From Gammaproteobacteria bacterium (GTDB lineage Bacteria; Pseudomonadota; Gammaproteobacteria; Arenicellales; JAJDZL01), in the NCBI GenBank assembly GCA_047517965.1, contig JAKZRU010000006.1:8445-72444 (forward strand): DNA of 64,000 nt, in the 5' to 3' direction. The notes under the pieces are model-generated. The model was not told where the DNA came from, did not search any database, and saw only the letters and a list, made by a program, of their open reading frames with translations. Positions 38,724-47,907 of the stretch are shown piece after piece. Positions within the stretch are counted from its first letter, which is position 1. Each line of letters begins with the position of its first letter. A program made the translations under genes and the position numbers.

Positions 38724-41700
38724 ATGACGTCGAACACCGGCGGATTCGTCGACCTTCGAGTTCACCATGCTTCCGCATCCAGTCATTCGGATGACAGTAT
38801 TTGGCCGTCGTTTACCGATATTATGATGGTGGTGGTTATGGTATTTCTTATGGCTGCCGTGGCCTTCATGCTTCGAAATGTGCAACTCGGTGATGAACTG
38901 GACACTGCGCTTACCTCCGGAGAGGCAGCCATGCAAGAAATGGAATCTCTTCGCCAAAGAGCCGCCTATCTTGCTGAAATCATCGAAGAAACAAACACAA
39001 GACTATCTGTAACAGAACAACAAAGAGCCGCACTACAGGAACAATTGGAGGAACGCGGCAGCCAAATCGTAAAACTTGAATACGAAGTCGCCGGCTTATT
39101 TCAGGCACAGAATCAGCTTACAGCTGACGTTGCGACGTTGACCGGACAGATTGACGATTTCCGACGTCAAAGAGCGGCGCTGACGGAACGGGTCGGTTCA
39201 ATGAATTCCATCATCGCCGATCTTGAAACACTGATTGAGGAAAAAAACACCGAACTGGCGGAGGTTCAGAAAAACTTTGATTTAAAACAGGTGGAGTTAT
39301 CAGCGATAGAGACACAACTGGCAGCTAGAACGAGTGAATATCATGAATTGCAAGTTGCGTTTGAGAGACTTCAAACCATTGAGAAAAGCCAACAGGAACA
39401 GATTGTAGTTCTGCAGCAGATTCGTACTGAAAGCGACTTTGAAATTCTTCGACTTGTAGAAGAATCCGACCTAAAAAGCATAGAAATACAAAAACTTACA
39501 GAGATCAGTACAGAGCAGGAAATTCAGCTGGCTCAGAGATTGGAATCGCTTGAGTTATTACAAAATTCTTATGCCGAGCAGGTTGCTGCGCTCAATCAAC
39601 TGCAGGAGGATTTTACGGAGCGTGGCGAAGAGCTTCAAAGTTTCATTTTGAGTGGTGCTAAGCAACAGACCTTGATTGAGCAGCTTGCGACAACAGGTGA
39701 AGAACAGCGCGCCACCATTGCTCGTCAGACTGAGGAGCAGGCACAGCTGCGCGAAACACTTTCAAGGCGTATTGAGGAAATTCTGGGTTTGCAGGCGCGG
39801 CAGGAACAACAGGAAATCCAGATTCAGCAATCTACAGTAGCGGGCGTTCAACAGGAAGTTCGCATTGAGGAGCTAACCCAAGCTGAAATTCAAAATGCGC
39901 TGACAATCGAACGGCAAAAACAGGAACTGGAGAGCCTGTATAGTCAATATGACCAAAGAAGCAAGGAATTGGAACAGTTGCAGGCACAGTACATCGAACG
40001 AGAGCGCCAATTCGCGAGGCTTCAGGAACAGTTTGCAGTGCAGGCCAGTGAAATTCAGCAGCTCAGGACGGCCAAAGCGAAACAGGGCGAACAAGTAGCG
40101 CGACTAGTTGAATCGGGAAGTGAGAGCTCTCTGGTTGTTGAACAGCAGCGACAGGAACTCAGTGACCTTCGAGCACTGTACAGCGAAAGAATCCAGGAAC
40201 TGGAACGACTGCAGGCACAGTACATCGAGCGAGAGCGTGAATTTGCACGGCTTGAGGAACAGTTTGCAGCACAATCCAGCGAGATTCAAGAACTTCAAAC
40301 CAGCCAGACGAAACAAAGCGAGCAAATAGCGCAATTGTCGGAAGCTGGTGCACAGAGTTCGCGAACTGTCGAGCAGCAACGGCAGGAACTCAGTAACCTT
40401 CGAGCACTGTACAGCGAAAGAATTCAGGAATTGGAACGACTGCAGGCACAGCACATTGAACGAGAGCGCCAATTCGCGAGACTTGAGGAACAGTTTGCAG
40501 TGCAAATCAGTGAAATTCAGCAGCTCAGGACGGCCAAAGCGGAACAGGGCGAGCAAATAGCACAACTAGTTGAATCGGGCGGAGAGAGTTCTCTGGTTGT
40601 TGAAAAGCAACGGCAGGAACTCAGTGACCTTCGAGCACGGTACAGCGAAAGAATTCAGGAACTGGAACGACTGCAGGCACAGTACATCGAACGAGAGCGG
40701 GAATTTGCAAGGCTAGAGGAACAGTTTGCGGCACAATCCAGTGAGGTTAAAGAACTTCAAACCAGTCAGACGGAACAAATTCAGCAAATAGCGCAATTGT
40801 CGGAAACTGGTGCACAGAGTTCGCGAACTGTCGAGCAGCAACAGCAGGAACTCAGCGAATTGCGCGCACTTCTGACTAAAACACTAGCGGAAGCCGAGAG
40901 TCTGCAGGCTCGAAATATTGAACGCGAAAAAGAGTTGCAAAGACTGCAACTGGAACTGACCGGCCGCGGTGAGGAAATCGCTGATCTTACCGCTTCTGAA
41001 GTAGAAAAGCTTGAACGGATCAATGAGTTGACTGCACAACTTCAGAAATACGAGAGTCAGATTGCGGAGTTGAGGCAGACACTTGGTAATATACAAAGCG
41101 TGGAAATAGTACTGCGGGAGCAATCTGAACAGCAGGAAAAAGAAGTTGAGGCACTACAATCCGAACGTGTAGCACTACTTGAAGATCGAGCGGGTTTGCA
41201 GAAACTGAATGATGATCTTAAGCGTGAAATTATTTACCTTGAGCGACAGCAGAGCGATCAGTCGAGACAACTGGATCGCTTGCTGGCTGTGACGGAACAG
41301 CTCGGAAAAGATATTGAGAATCGTCAGCAGACAATTGATAAACTTTCGATTGAGAAAGAAAGCATGCAATTTGCTAGCCGGCAAACCGAACAGGAACTGA
41401 CCCAACTCAAGCAAGCCTATCAGTCTCGCTTGCTGGAACTGGCGGAACTTGAAACGGCATTCGCAAGTCGCAGCAGTGAAGCCCAACAACTACAGACGGA
41501 ACTAGTTGAATTGAAAGAAGAAACTCAGCTGATGCTTCGTCCCGCTAGAAGTCCGGTAAACCGTTATGTCGTGGAAATACACTATTCCAAAGATCAAAGT
41601 GGAAGCAATTTAATCATCTATATTCTGCCGGGCGAGGAAAGCTTTACAAGAGTTGATCGAGCTGGGCTGGAGACAATGCTCGAAAGATTGAAAGCGGAAA

Positions 41701-41816
41701 GGGCAGAAGGACTGTATACCAAGATCGTGTTTCCGGAAGAAGAACGCCTTACGTTTACCGAAGCCTGGAGGTTTACACAAGATATTCTTTCCAAATACGA
41801 TTATTACCATCAATAA
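38724..41816 (+). CDS. 1030-aa membrane-anchored coiled-coil protein with a MotB/ExbD/TolR-like N-terminal Asp-bearing helix and a small C-terminal alpha/beta domain (uncharacterised)
   Basis: It starts 13 nt after the MotA-like gene. The N-terminal 'SIWPSFTDIMMVVVMVFLMAAV' resembles the W/P-x-x-D TM segment of MotB/ExbD. About 870 aa are Q/E/L/R-rich and heptad-like, and include 77-aa tandem repeats. The last roughly 95 aa, 'VVEIHYS..LIIYILPG..GLETMLERLKAE..LYTKIVFPEE..TFTEAWRFTQDI', have an ExbD/TolR-like order of strands and helices. Confidence 0.55.
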   Translation: MTSNTGGFVDLRVHHASASSHSDDSIWPSFTDIMMVVVMVFLMAAVAFMLRNVQLGDELDTALTSGEAAMQEMESLRQRAAYLAEIIEETNTRLSVTEQQRAALQEQLEERGSQIVKLEYEVAGLFQAQNQLTADVATLTGQIDDFRRQRAALTERVGSMNSIIADLETLIEEKNTELAEVQKNFDLKQVELSAIETQLAARTSEYHELQVAFERLQTIEKSQQEQIVVLQQIRTESDFEILRLVEESDLKSIEIQKLTEISTEQEIQLAQRLESLELLQNSYAEQVAALNQLQEDFTERGEELQSFILSGAKQQTLIEQLATTGEEQRATIARQTEEQAQLRETLSRRIEEILGLQARQEQQEIQIQQSTVAGVQQEVRIEELTQAEIQNALTIERQKQELESLYSQYDQRSKELEQLQAQYIERERQFARLQEQFAVQASEIQQLRTAKAKQGEQVARLVESGSESSLVVEQQRQELSDLRALYSERIQELERLQAQYIEREREFARLEEQFAAQSSEIQELQTSQTKQSEQIAQLSEAGAQSSRTVEQQRQELSNLRALYSERIQELERLQAQHIERERQFARLEEQFAVQISEIQQLRTAKAEQGEQIAQLVESGGESSLVVEKQRQELSDLRARYSERIQELERLQAQYIEREREFARLEEQFAAQSSEVKELQTSQTEQIQQIAQLSETGAQSSRTVEQQQQELSELRALLTKTLAEAESLQARNIEREKELQRLQLELTGRGEEIADLTASEVEKLERINELTAQLQKYESQIAELRQTLGNIQSVEIVLREQSEQQEKEVEALQSERVALLEDRAGLQKLNDDLKREIIYLERQQSDQSRQLDRLLAVTEQLGKDIENRQQTIDKLSIEKESMQFASRQTEQELTQLKQAYQSRLLELAELETAFASRSSEAQQLQTELVELKEETQLMLRPARSPVNRYVVEIHYSKDQSGSNLIIYILPGEESFTRVDRAGLETMLERLKAERAEGLYTKIVFPEEERLTFTEAWRFTQDILSKYDYYHQ
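39910..40880 (+). repeat. in-frame 231-bp (77-codon) tandem repeat, about 4.2 copies, organised as two 462-bp A-B doublets
   Basis: Unit starts at 39910, 40141, 40372, 40603 and 40834 each begin GA(A/G)(C/A)(A/G)GCA(A/G)C(G/A)(A/G)CAGGAACT.... Protein units alternate between '...RERQFARL.EQFAVQ.SEIQQLRTAKA...' and '...REREFARLEEQFAAQSSE..ELQTSQT...'. Confidence 0.9.
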
Positions 41817-41846
41817 AGTAAAGATCTGAATATAGTGAAGCATTCA

Positions 41847-43736
41847 ATGGAATTTGACGTGATTGTCGTAGGTGGCGGACACGCGGGTGCGGAAGCGGCC
41901 ATGGCTTCGGCACGCAGTGGAAGCAATACCCTGCTTTTAACGCAAAGCATGGAGACTATAGGTCAGATGTCGTGCAATCCGGCTATCGGTGGCATTGGCA
42001 AAGGCCACATTGTACGGGAAATTGATGCACTTGGTGGAATCATGGCGCGAGTTACGGATAAAAGTGGTATACAGTTTCGCCGACTCAATGTAAGAAAAGG
42101 CCCAGCGGTGCAGGCGACACGAGCTCAGGCTGATCGCATGCTGTATCGGGCAAGTGTACGCCGAACTTTGGAAAATCAGCCGAATTTGGTGATATTTCAA
42201 CAAGAAGTGGAAGATTTGCTGGTCGAGAATGGGGCGGTAAGGGGAGTATTGACGAGATTTGGCATAAGAATTGGGGCAAAAGCCGTTATTCTGGCAACTG
42301 GCACCTTTTTGGGCGGCACCATTCACATCGGCTTAGAGAATCACAGTGGAGGACGTGCAGGAGACCCACCGTCCAATCGCTTGGCAACGCGGCTTCGGGA
42401 GATGATGTTCCACGTGGAACGTCTGAAAACTGGAACGCCTCCGAGAATTGATGGGCGAACCATCAATTATTCGAAGTTGATTGAGCAGCGAGGCGACCAG
42501 CCGACCTTGGTGTTTTCCTTTATAGGTTCTGTCAATGAACATCCGCGACAAGTATCCTGCCATATTGCCCGCACTAACGAACGTACGCATGACATCATCC
42601 GTGCCTCGCTGGATCGTTCTGCAATGTATGGCGGTACAATTGATTCAATTGGACCGAGATACTGCCCATCGGTTGAAGACAAGGTGGTGAGATTTGCAGA
42701 TCGAACGTCTCATCAGATTTTTGTGGAGCCGGAGGGATTGGATTCAGTAGAAATTTATCCTAATGGTATTTCCACAAGTCTTCCGTTTGACGTTCAATGC
42801 GAGTTTGTGCGTTCCATCAACGGATTTGAAAATGCTCAATTGACTCGACCAGGCTATGCAATCGAGTACGATTTTCTCGACCCACGTGAATTGAAGCCAA
42901 GTTTGGAAACAAAGCTGCTGGACGGATTGTTTTTGGCAGGGCAAATTAATGGAACAACCGGATATGAAGAAGCTGCGTGTCAGGGGCTCATTGCAGGACT
43001 CAATGCTTCTCGTTATTCTCAATCAATCGAGCCTTGGTGGCCGCGTCGAGATGAAGCCTACATTGGCGTGCTGATAGATGATCTTGTTACCAAAGGTGCG
43101 GATGAGCCGTATCGTATGTTCACTTCGCGCGCTGAGCACCGGCTGATGCTGCGCGAAGACAACGCAGACCTCCGATTGACGGAAACAGGCCGCAATTTGG
43201 GATTGATCTGCGATACGCGCTGGCGCCTGTTTTGCGAAAAGCGAGATGTGCTTGCCAAGGAGCGTCGAAGGCTTGAAAACAAGGTAATTAAACCATCCGC
43301 GTCAACACAGGAGCGGGTCACTCAGGTGCTGGGCAGACCATTGCAGAACGATACTACGCTGTTTGATCTGCTACGAGACCCATCTGTGAGTTATGATTCG
43401 ATATTGGCACTGCCGGAGGCGGGTGTTGCCGTTGAAGACCCAGCGGTAAAGGAGCAGCTTGAGATTGAAGCTCGATACGAAGGATACATCAAACGGCAAA
43501 AGGTTTCGGTTAAGAAGTCTCTTCAGGCTGAAAACACAAAACTGCCTGAATCATTGGACTATAACCAGGTACATGGGCTATCGAATGAAGTCAGACAGAA
43601 ACTGGAGATTCACAAACCGCAAACTCTGGGCATGGCTTCGCGCATTCCTGGAGTGACGCCGGCTGCGATTACAGTTCTATCCATTCATCTGAAAAAACAG
43701 TTGTTGATGCAGCTGGTCGATAGCCAGCCAGTCTGA
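41847..43736 (+). CDS. mnmG: tRNA uridine 5-carboxymethylaminomethyl modification enzyme MnmG (GidA)
   Basis: '[16 protein letters not shown]' is the FAD-binding motif, in a full-length GidA pattern. I prefer the ATG at 41847. The ORF track starts at a GTG at 41835. Confidence 0.96.
   Translation: MEFDVIVVGGGHAGAEAAMASARSGSNTLLLTQSMETIGQMSCNPAIGGIGKGHIVREIDALGGIMARVTDKSGIQFRRLNVRKGPAVQATRAQADRMLYRASVRRTLENQPNLVIFQQEVEDLLVENGAVRGVLTRFGIRIGAKAVILATGTFLGGTIHIGLENHSGGRAGDPPSNRLATRLREMMFHVERLKTGTPPRIDGRTINYSKLIEQRGDQPTLVFSFIGSVNEHPRQVSCHIARTNERTHDIIRASLDRSAMYGGTIDSIGPRYCPSVEDKVVRFADRTSHQIFVEPEGLDSVEIYPNGISTSLPFDVQCEFVRSINGFENAQLTRPGYAIEYDFLDPRELKPSLETKLLDGLFLAGQINGTTGYEEAACQGLIAGLNASRYSQSIEPWWPRRDEAYIGVLIDDLVTKGADEPYRMFTSRAEHRLMLREDNADLRLTETGRNLGLICDTRWRLFCEKRDVLAKERRRLENKVIKPSASTQERVTQVLGRPLQNDTTLFDLLRDPSVSYDSILALPEAGVAVEDPAVKEQLEIEARYEGYIKRQKVSVKKSLQAENTKLPESLDYNQVHGLSNEVRQKLEIHKPQTLGMASRIPGVTPAAITVLSIHLKKQLLMQLVDSQPV
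42406..42421. promoter_or_regulatory. parS-like centromere site inside mnmG
   Basis: TGTTCCACGTGGAACG matches 15 of 16 positions of the palindromic parS consensus TGTTCCACGTGGAACA. parA and parB lie 2 kb downstream. Confidence 0.6.
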
Positions 43737-43751
43737 GTCGCACCGTTAGCC

Positions 43752-44444
43752 ATGGATGAAAAAACAATTGCCGAGCTAGCTGCAAAAGAGAAGACTAAGG
43801 CTGGATTGTTTCCCAGGCAGCAGATGCGCTGCCAACTTGTGAAAGGACTGAAGGAATTATGCCTTGCTCTCAGTGATGATGATGTTGATCGAGCACTGGA
43901 GCATGCAGAACTTCTCATGCAATGGAATCGAGTCTACAGTCTCTCGGCAATTAGAAAAGCGAGTGACGTAGTGCCAAAGCACCTTCTGGACAGCTTTGCG
44001 ATTTCCGAATATGTGCAAGGAAGTAAAGTGCTCGATCTGGGTAGCGGAGCAGGGTTTCCTGGAATTCCAATCGCTTTGGCAAAACCGCGATTGAAAATTA
44101 CTCTACTGGACTCAAATAGCAAGAAAATTCAGTTTGTCAGACATGTAGTTGCAATTCTTGGGCTAGAAAACGTAGAAGTGTTGCAGCAGCGTGCTGAAAA
44201 TATGGAGAAGCAATCCAAATATGACACAATTCTTGTACGTGCATTGGGCTCGCTGAATGCGGTGGCTACACTAGCGCTGCCTCTGTTGGACCCTAACGGC
44301 TACATTCTTGCAATGAAGGGACGATATCCGAGCAAGGAATTGGAAGAAATGAGAGTTCGCTGTATTCTGTCGATTCGCGAGATCGTTGTTCCGTGCTTAA
44401 GGAGTACTCGACATCTTGTAGTCATAAAGCATCCACAAAATTGA
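43752..44444 (+). CDS. rsmG: 16S rRNA (guanine527-N7)-methyltransferase RsmG (GidB)
   Basis: 230 aa with the SAM motif 'VLDLGSGAGFPGIPIA'. It follows mnmG. Confidence 0.92.
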   Translation: MDEKTIAELAAKEKTKAGLFPRQQMRCQLVKGLKELCLALSDDDVDRALEHAELLMQWNRVYSLSAIRKASDVVPKHLLDSFAISEYVQGSKVLDLGSGAGFPGIPIALAKPRLKITLLDSNSKKIQFVRHVVAILGLENVEVLQQRAENMEKQSKYDTILVRALGSLNAVATLALPLLDPNGYILAMKGRYPSKELEEMRVRCILSIREIVVPCLRSTRHLVVIKHPQN

Positions 44445-44460
44445 AGGAAGTTATACAGCT

Positions 44461-45228
44461 ATGAGCCGTGTCCTAGCACTGACCAACCAAAAAGGTGGCG
44501 TCGGAAAAACTACCACAGTGATCAATGTTGCTGCATCTTTAGCCCGTGCTGGACGAAAAGTTCTTCTGATTGACCTTGATTCTCAAGCCAATGCCACCGC
44601 AGGCATCGGTTTCGTGCCATACAGCGCGGATTCGGGGATTTATGAAGTGTTGATTGGCAGAGTTTCGCTCGAAAGCGTCATTCGAAGCACTGAGTCTGGA
44701 ATGGATGCGGTTATAGCAAGCAGGAATCTTGTCGGCGCGCAAGTGGAACTGCTGAATTTTGACCAACGTGAGTATCGATTAAAAAATGCAATAAGAGCGG
44801 TTCGGGACACTTATAATTATATTTTGATGGATTGTCCTCCGTCGCTAAATATTGTGACGCTGAATGCGCTTGTTGCTGCTGACGGAGTAATTGTTCCAAC
44901 GCAATGCGAATATTTCGCGCTGCAGGGACTGGTTGAGTTGCTTGACACTATTGAAACAGTTCGACAATCATTAAACCCCCAATTGAAACTGGATGGTATT
45001 CTCCGGACTATGCATGATCGAAGAAACAAGTTGAATCGCGAAGTGTCGGCTCAGTTGAGCAGCCATTTTCAAGATTTGGTTTATCGGACTATCATTCCCA
45101 GAAATATCAGGTTGGCAGAAGCTCCCAGTCACGGAAAAACAGCCCTAGATTATGATAATAAGTGTTTAGGAACAATGGCTTATATAGCATTCACTGGTGA
45201 ATTGCTGAGTAAAGAAGAGCGTCTATGA
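44461..45228 (+). CDS. parA: chromosome partitioning ATPase ParA (Soj)
   Basis: 255 aa with the deviant Walker A 'NQKGGVGKTTT' and 'ILMDCPPSL'. Confidence 0.95.
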   Translation: MSRVLALTNQKGGVGKTTTVINVAASLARAGRKVLLIDLDSQANATAGIGFVPYSADSGIYEVLIGRVSLESVIRSTESGMDAVIASRNLVGAQVELLNFDQREYRLKNAIRAVRDTYNYILMDCPPSLNIVTLNALVAADGVIVPTQCEYFALQGLVELLDTIETVRQSLNPQLKLDGILRTMHDRRNKLNREVSAQLSSHFQDLVYRTIIPRNIRLAEAPSHGKTALDYDNKCLGTMAYIAFTGELLSKEERL

Positions 45229-46082
45229 GCAGCCAGGAAAAATTGGGAAGAGGACTTGAGGCTCTGCTAGGCGCATCAAGGTTCGCAACAATTCCGGTGC
45301 CGTCGGACAATATTCGCTTGATTGCGATTGAGAAGCTGCACTCCGGCCCCTATCAGCCCAGAATGGACATGGATGAAGAATCCATGAACGAGCTTGCCGA
45401 CTCTATTCGTGCGCACGGCATCATTCAGCCCATTATTGCAAGGGAATCGACAACAAGAGATGGTTACGAAATTATTGCAGGAGAACGTCGATGGCGAGCC
45501 GCGCAAAGGGTTTCAATTCATGAAGTACCTGTCATCGTAAGAGCAATTCCTGACAAGGCCGCAATGGCGATGGCACTGATCGAGAATATTCAGAGAGAAG
45601 ATCTGAATCCTGTGGAAGAAGCAAATCTGTTGAAACGTCTGGCAGATGAATTCATAATGTCGCATGCTGATATCGCAGAAAGCGTTGGCAAGTCACGCGC
45701 CACCATCACGAATTTGTTGCGGCTCTTGACGTTGACCGAGCCGGTTCTGGAAATGTTGAAAAGCCGGCAACTCGAAGCCGGACATGCAAAAGTGCTGCTT
45801 GCACTAAAGGGAACTGATCAGATTTCTGCAGCCAAACTGGTTGTGAAGAATTCGTTGAATGTTCGCAGAACCGAAGCGCTTGTGAAAGGCTGGAGCAGCG
45901 AATCAGGCAATAAAAATGCCTCAAAAACTGCTGCCGACGCAAATATTACAAGGCTTGAATTAGAATTGTCAGAACGAGTCGAGGCGAAAGTTGCCATTCA
46001 TGATCGAAACGGCAAAGGATTCATTAAAATCAATTACCAGAGTTTGGATGAACTTGATGGAATTCTCGACCGATTCAATTAA
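45225..46082 (+). CDS. parB: chromosome partitioning protein ParB (Spo0J)
   Basis: 285 aa with 'YEIIAGERRWRAAQ' (the arginine patch) and the HTH region 'ADIAESVGKSRATITNLLRLL'. It overlaps the parA stop. Confidence 0.95.
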   Translation: MSSQEKLGRGLEALLGASRFATIPVPSDNIRLIAIEKLHSGPYQPRMDMDEESMNELADSIRAHGIIQPIIARESTTRDGYEIIAGERRWRAAQRVSIHEVPVIVRAIPDKAAMAMALIENIQREDLNPVEEANLLKRLADEFIMSHADIAESVGKSRATITNLLRLLTLTEPVLEMLKSRQLEAGHAKVLLALKGTDQISAAKLVVKNSLNVRRTEALVKGWSSESGNKNASKTAADANITRLELELSERVEAKVAIHDRNGKGFIKINYQSLDELDGILDRFN

Positions 46083-46106
46083 TCCAAAACTTGATGGTTG
46101 AATAAT

Positions 46107-47240
46107 ATGTATATGTTCAAGAGATTGAAAGGGGCTTCACTGTCCAGACTGCTACTAGTTATTAGCGCCGGATTATTCATAGCGGGATGCGCTGAAGTAG
46201 GTGGTAGACAGTTGTCACTATTGACTTCGTCTGAAGTGCTTGACCCGCTGGAAGTACCGCCTGGACTGAGTCCACTGCCAGAGGCGGAGCAGTTTCAGGT
46301 TCCTGAAGAACTGGATTCTGCAGACATCAAGGAGCTTCCTCCTGAACAGTTTCGCAATTACGAGAGCTGGGCTTCGTTCGAGAAGTTTCGACAGTTTCAA
46401 TTGGAGGAGCAGGGCGTTGGTTTGAGCGCTGAAGAGTATAGTACTGCGCGAAAGCGTGGTGAAGGACGCTTCAGGGTTGTCACCCGAAGAACTCCTGAAG
46501 ATAAAGTGCGATTGCACGTTGTAGATCAGGTCGAACCTGTGTGGGACCGTCTCAGACCGGTATTGGAAGACATGGGAATCGTGATAAATAACACCAACGT
46601 ACAGGAAAGAGTCTACTATGTATCTAATGTTCCATTAAAGAAGAAGCCGACGTTAACCCAGCGATTTGGATTTAAGGAATTTGCCGGAGAAGTGAATTCG
46701 TTGCACGTAGTCGCAGTCAGTGATACTGAAACTGAAGTGATCGGGAAATCGGAACGAAATGTAGAAGTCGAATTTGAAGCCGCCGTGGAGTTTTTCACCA
46801 GAATGCGGTACTTTATGCTGACGTACTACCAGGTGGACGAGGGTGGTGTTGATGGTCAGTTTTCAGTCGAAGTAAACAAACGTTTCGAGCGTGATGGCAA
46901 GGGTTCGAGGATCATTGTAGTGTCTGAAAACTTCGATTCTGCCTGGGTTCGAGTCGGTCGTACGCTTGAAGCATCAGGCGTTGATATCGAAGACCTGAAC
47001 CGTAGCGAGGGAGTGTACATCGTCAGCTATAGCGCTACCAAAAAGAAAAAGAAGAGATTCAAACTTGCATTTTGGCGTAAGAGTGATGAACAGGAAATCG
47101 TTCATGAGCAGTTCGATATCACTGTAAGCGGGTCAGGCCAACAATCGGTAATTAGTGTACTGCCATCCGGTAGCGAGGAATCTGACATTCAGTCAGCAGA
47201 AAAGCTGCTGCAAATAATTTACGAACGTCTGTACACCTAA
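46107..47240 (+). CDS. lipoprotein, BamC (NlpB)-like outer-membrane assembly factor candidate
   Basis: It has the lipobox 'FIAGC' and an N-terminal 'LEVPPGLSP' motif. Two segments, 'VEPVWDRLRPVLEDMGIVI' and 'FDSAWVRVGRTLEASGVDIEDLNRSEGVYIVSY', are collinear with the two helix-grip domains of BamC. The ORF track starts at a TTG at 46098. Confidence 0.45.
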   Translation: MYMFKRLKGASLSRLLLVISAGLFIAGCAEVGGRQLSLLTSSEVLDPLEVPPGLSPLPEAEQFQVPEELDSADIKELPPEQFRNYESWASFEKFRQFQLEEQGVGLSAEEYSTARKRGEGRFRVVTRRTPEDKVRLHVVDQVEPVWDRLRPVLEDMGIVINNTNVQERVYYVSNVPLKKKPTLTQRFGFKEFAGEVNSLHVVAVSDTETEVIGKSERNVEVEFEAAVEFFTRMRYFMLTYYQVDEGGVDGQFSVEVNKRFERDGKGSRIIVVSENFDSAWVRVGRTLEASGVDIEDLNRSEGVYIVSYSATKKKKKRFKLAFWRKSDEQEIVHEQFDITVSGSGQQSVISVLPSGSEESDIQSAEKLLQIIYERLYT

Positions 47241-47503
47241 ACCTCGACTAAAAGGTGCTAAATACGGTTGCTAGAAAGTAAAACGAGCTTTTGATTTCGC
47301 CATAAACATCATTTGTGGCATATTCGATATTCTTAAATATAATTTAAAAACAAATACTTATGGCATGGCCGTTGGTATTTCTAACCCTGCTGTATATGTG
47401 TAGAAGTTTGATGCTAACGCAAGCACAATTTTTGATGTGTGGTTTTTGGATGGTCAGTCTGAAGCTTACTTCAGGCGATTGATTCAACAGAAAATCAAAT
47501 CTG

Positions 47504-47815
47504 TTACTGGCTTTCGGATGCCTCTGACGGTGAATTGGCTTGGTCCCTAAGCCACTGTTTATATTTCAAATACTGTTGCCACTCTTTCCACAGCAGATAT
47601 TCCTGATATTCTGCATCATCGGCTCCGGGTGTTCTGCGCCCTGCTCCTGCTCCGAAAAATAACAACGGTGTGCCGCTGGATTGAATGTCTCTAGGTGAAG
47701 TTGGGGTGGGTGGGCCTGATTTACTGCTGTCGCCACCACCGCATCCAGACAGGAATACAATTAAGAAACTCGTTAAAGCAATCAATACAAAATGTGAAAA
47801 TTTAAACCTGCGCAT
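47504..47815 (-). CDS. small hypothetical lipoprotein
   Basis: 103 aa with a signal peptide and the lipobox 'FLSGC', followed by a G/S/P-rich linker and a W/K/Y-rich C-terminus 'YQEYLLWKEWQQYLKYKQWL'. Confidence 0.55.
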   Translation of the reverse strand: MRRFKFSHFVLIALTSFLIVFLSGCGGGDSSKSGPPTPTSPRDIQSSGTPLLFFGAGAGRRTPGADDAEYQEYLLWKEWQQYLKYKQWLRDQANSPSEASESQ

Positions 47816-47907
47816 ATCTCAACGATTGGGAAACCAAGTATTTGATGGTGAACTGAATATCAGAATTATATATTTCTAGCCAATTTAAGTGAGTTTAATT
47901 CACTTCG

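Noticed and set aside
40104-40565. 153-aa minus-strand ORF, with smaller ORFs on both strands at 39873..40094, 40108..40329, 40159..40353 and 40348..40560, inside the coiled-coil gene.
   Set aside because: They are by-products of the stop-poor, repetitive GAA/CAG-rich coding sequence. Their products are themselves repeats of low-complexity sequence, and they have no RBS or independent context.
39910-40880. Regular repeat periodicity that could be taken for a CRISPR array or a satellite.
   Set aside because: The period is 231 bp, with no short repeat/spacer alternation. All units are in frame within a 1030-aa ORF and encode heptad-like coiled coil. It is an intragenic coding repeat.
47456-47483. 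Small hairpin (CTGAAG-CTTA-CTTCAG) between the BamC-like gene and the convergent small lipoprotein gene, as a possible bidirectional terminator.
   Set aside because: The stem is only 6 bp and there is no adjacent U-run on either strand, which is too weak to call.
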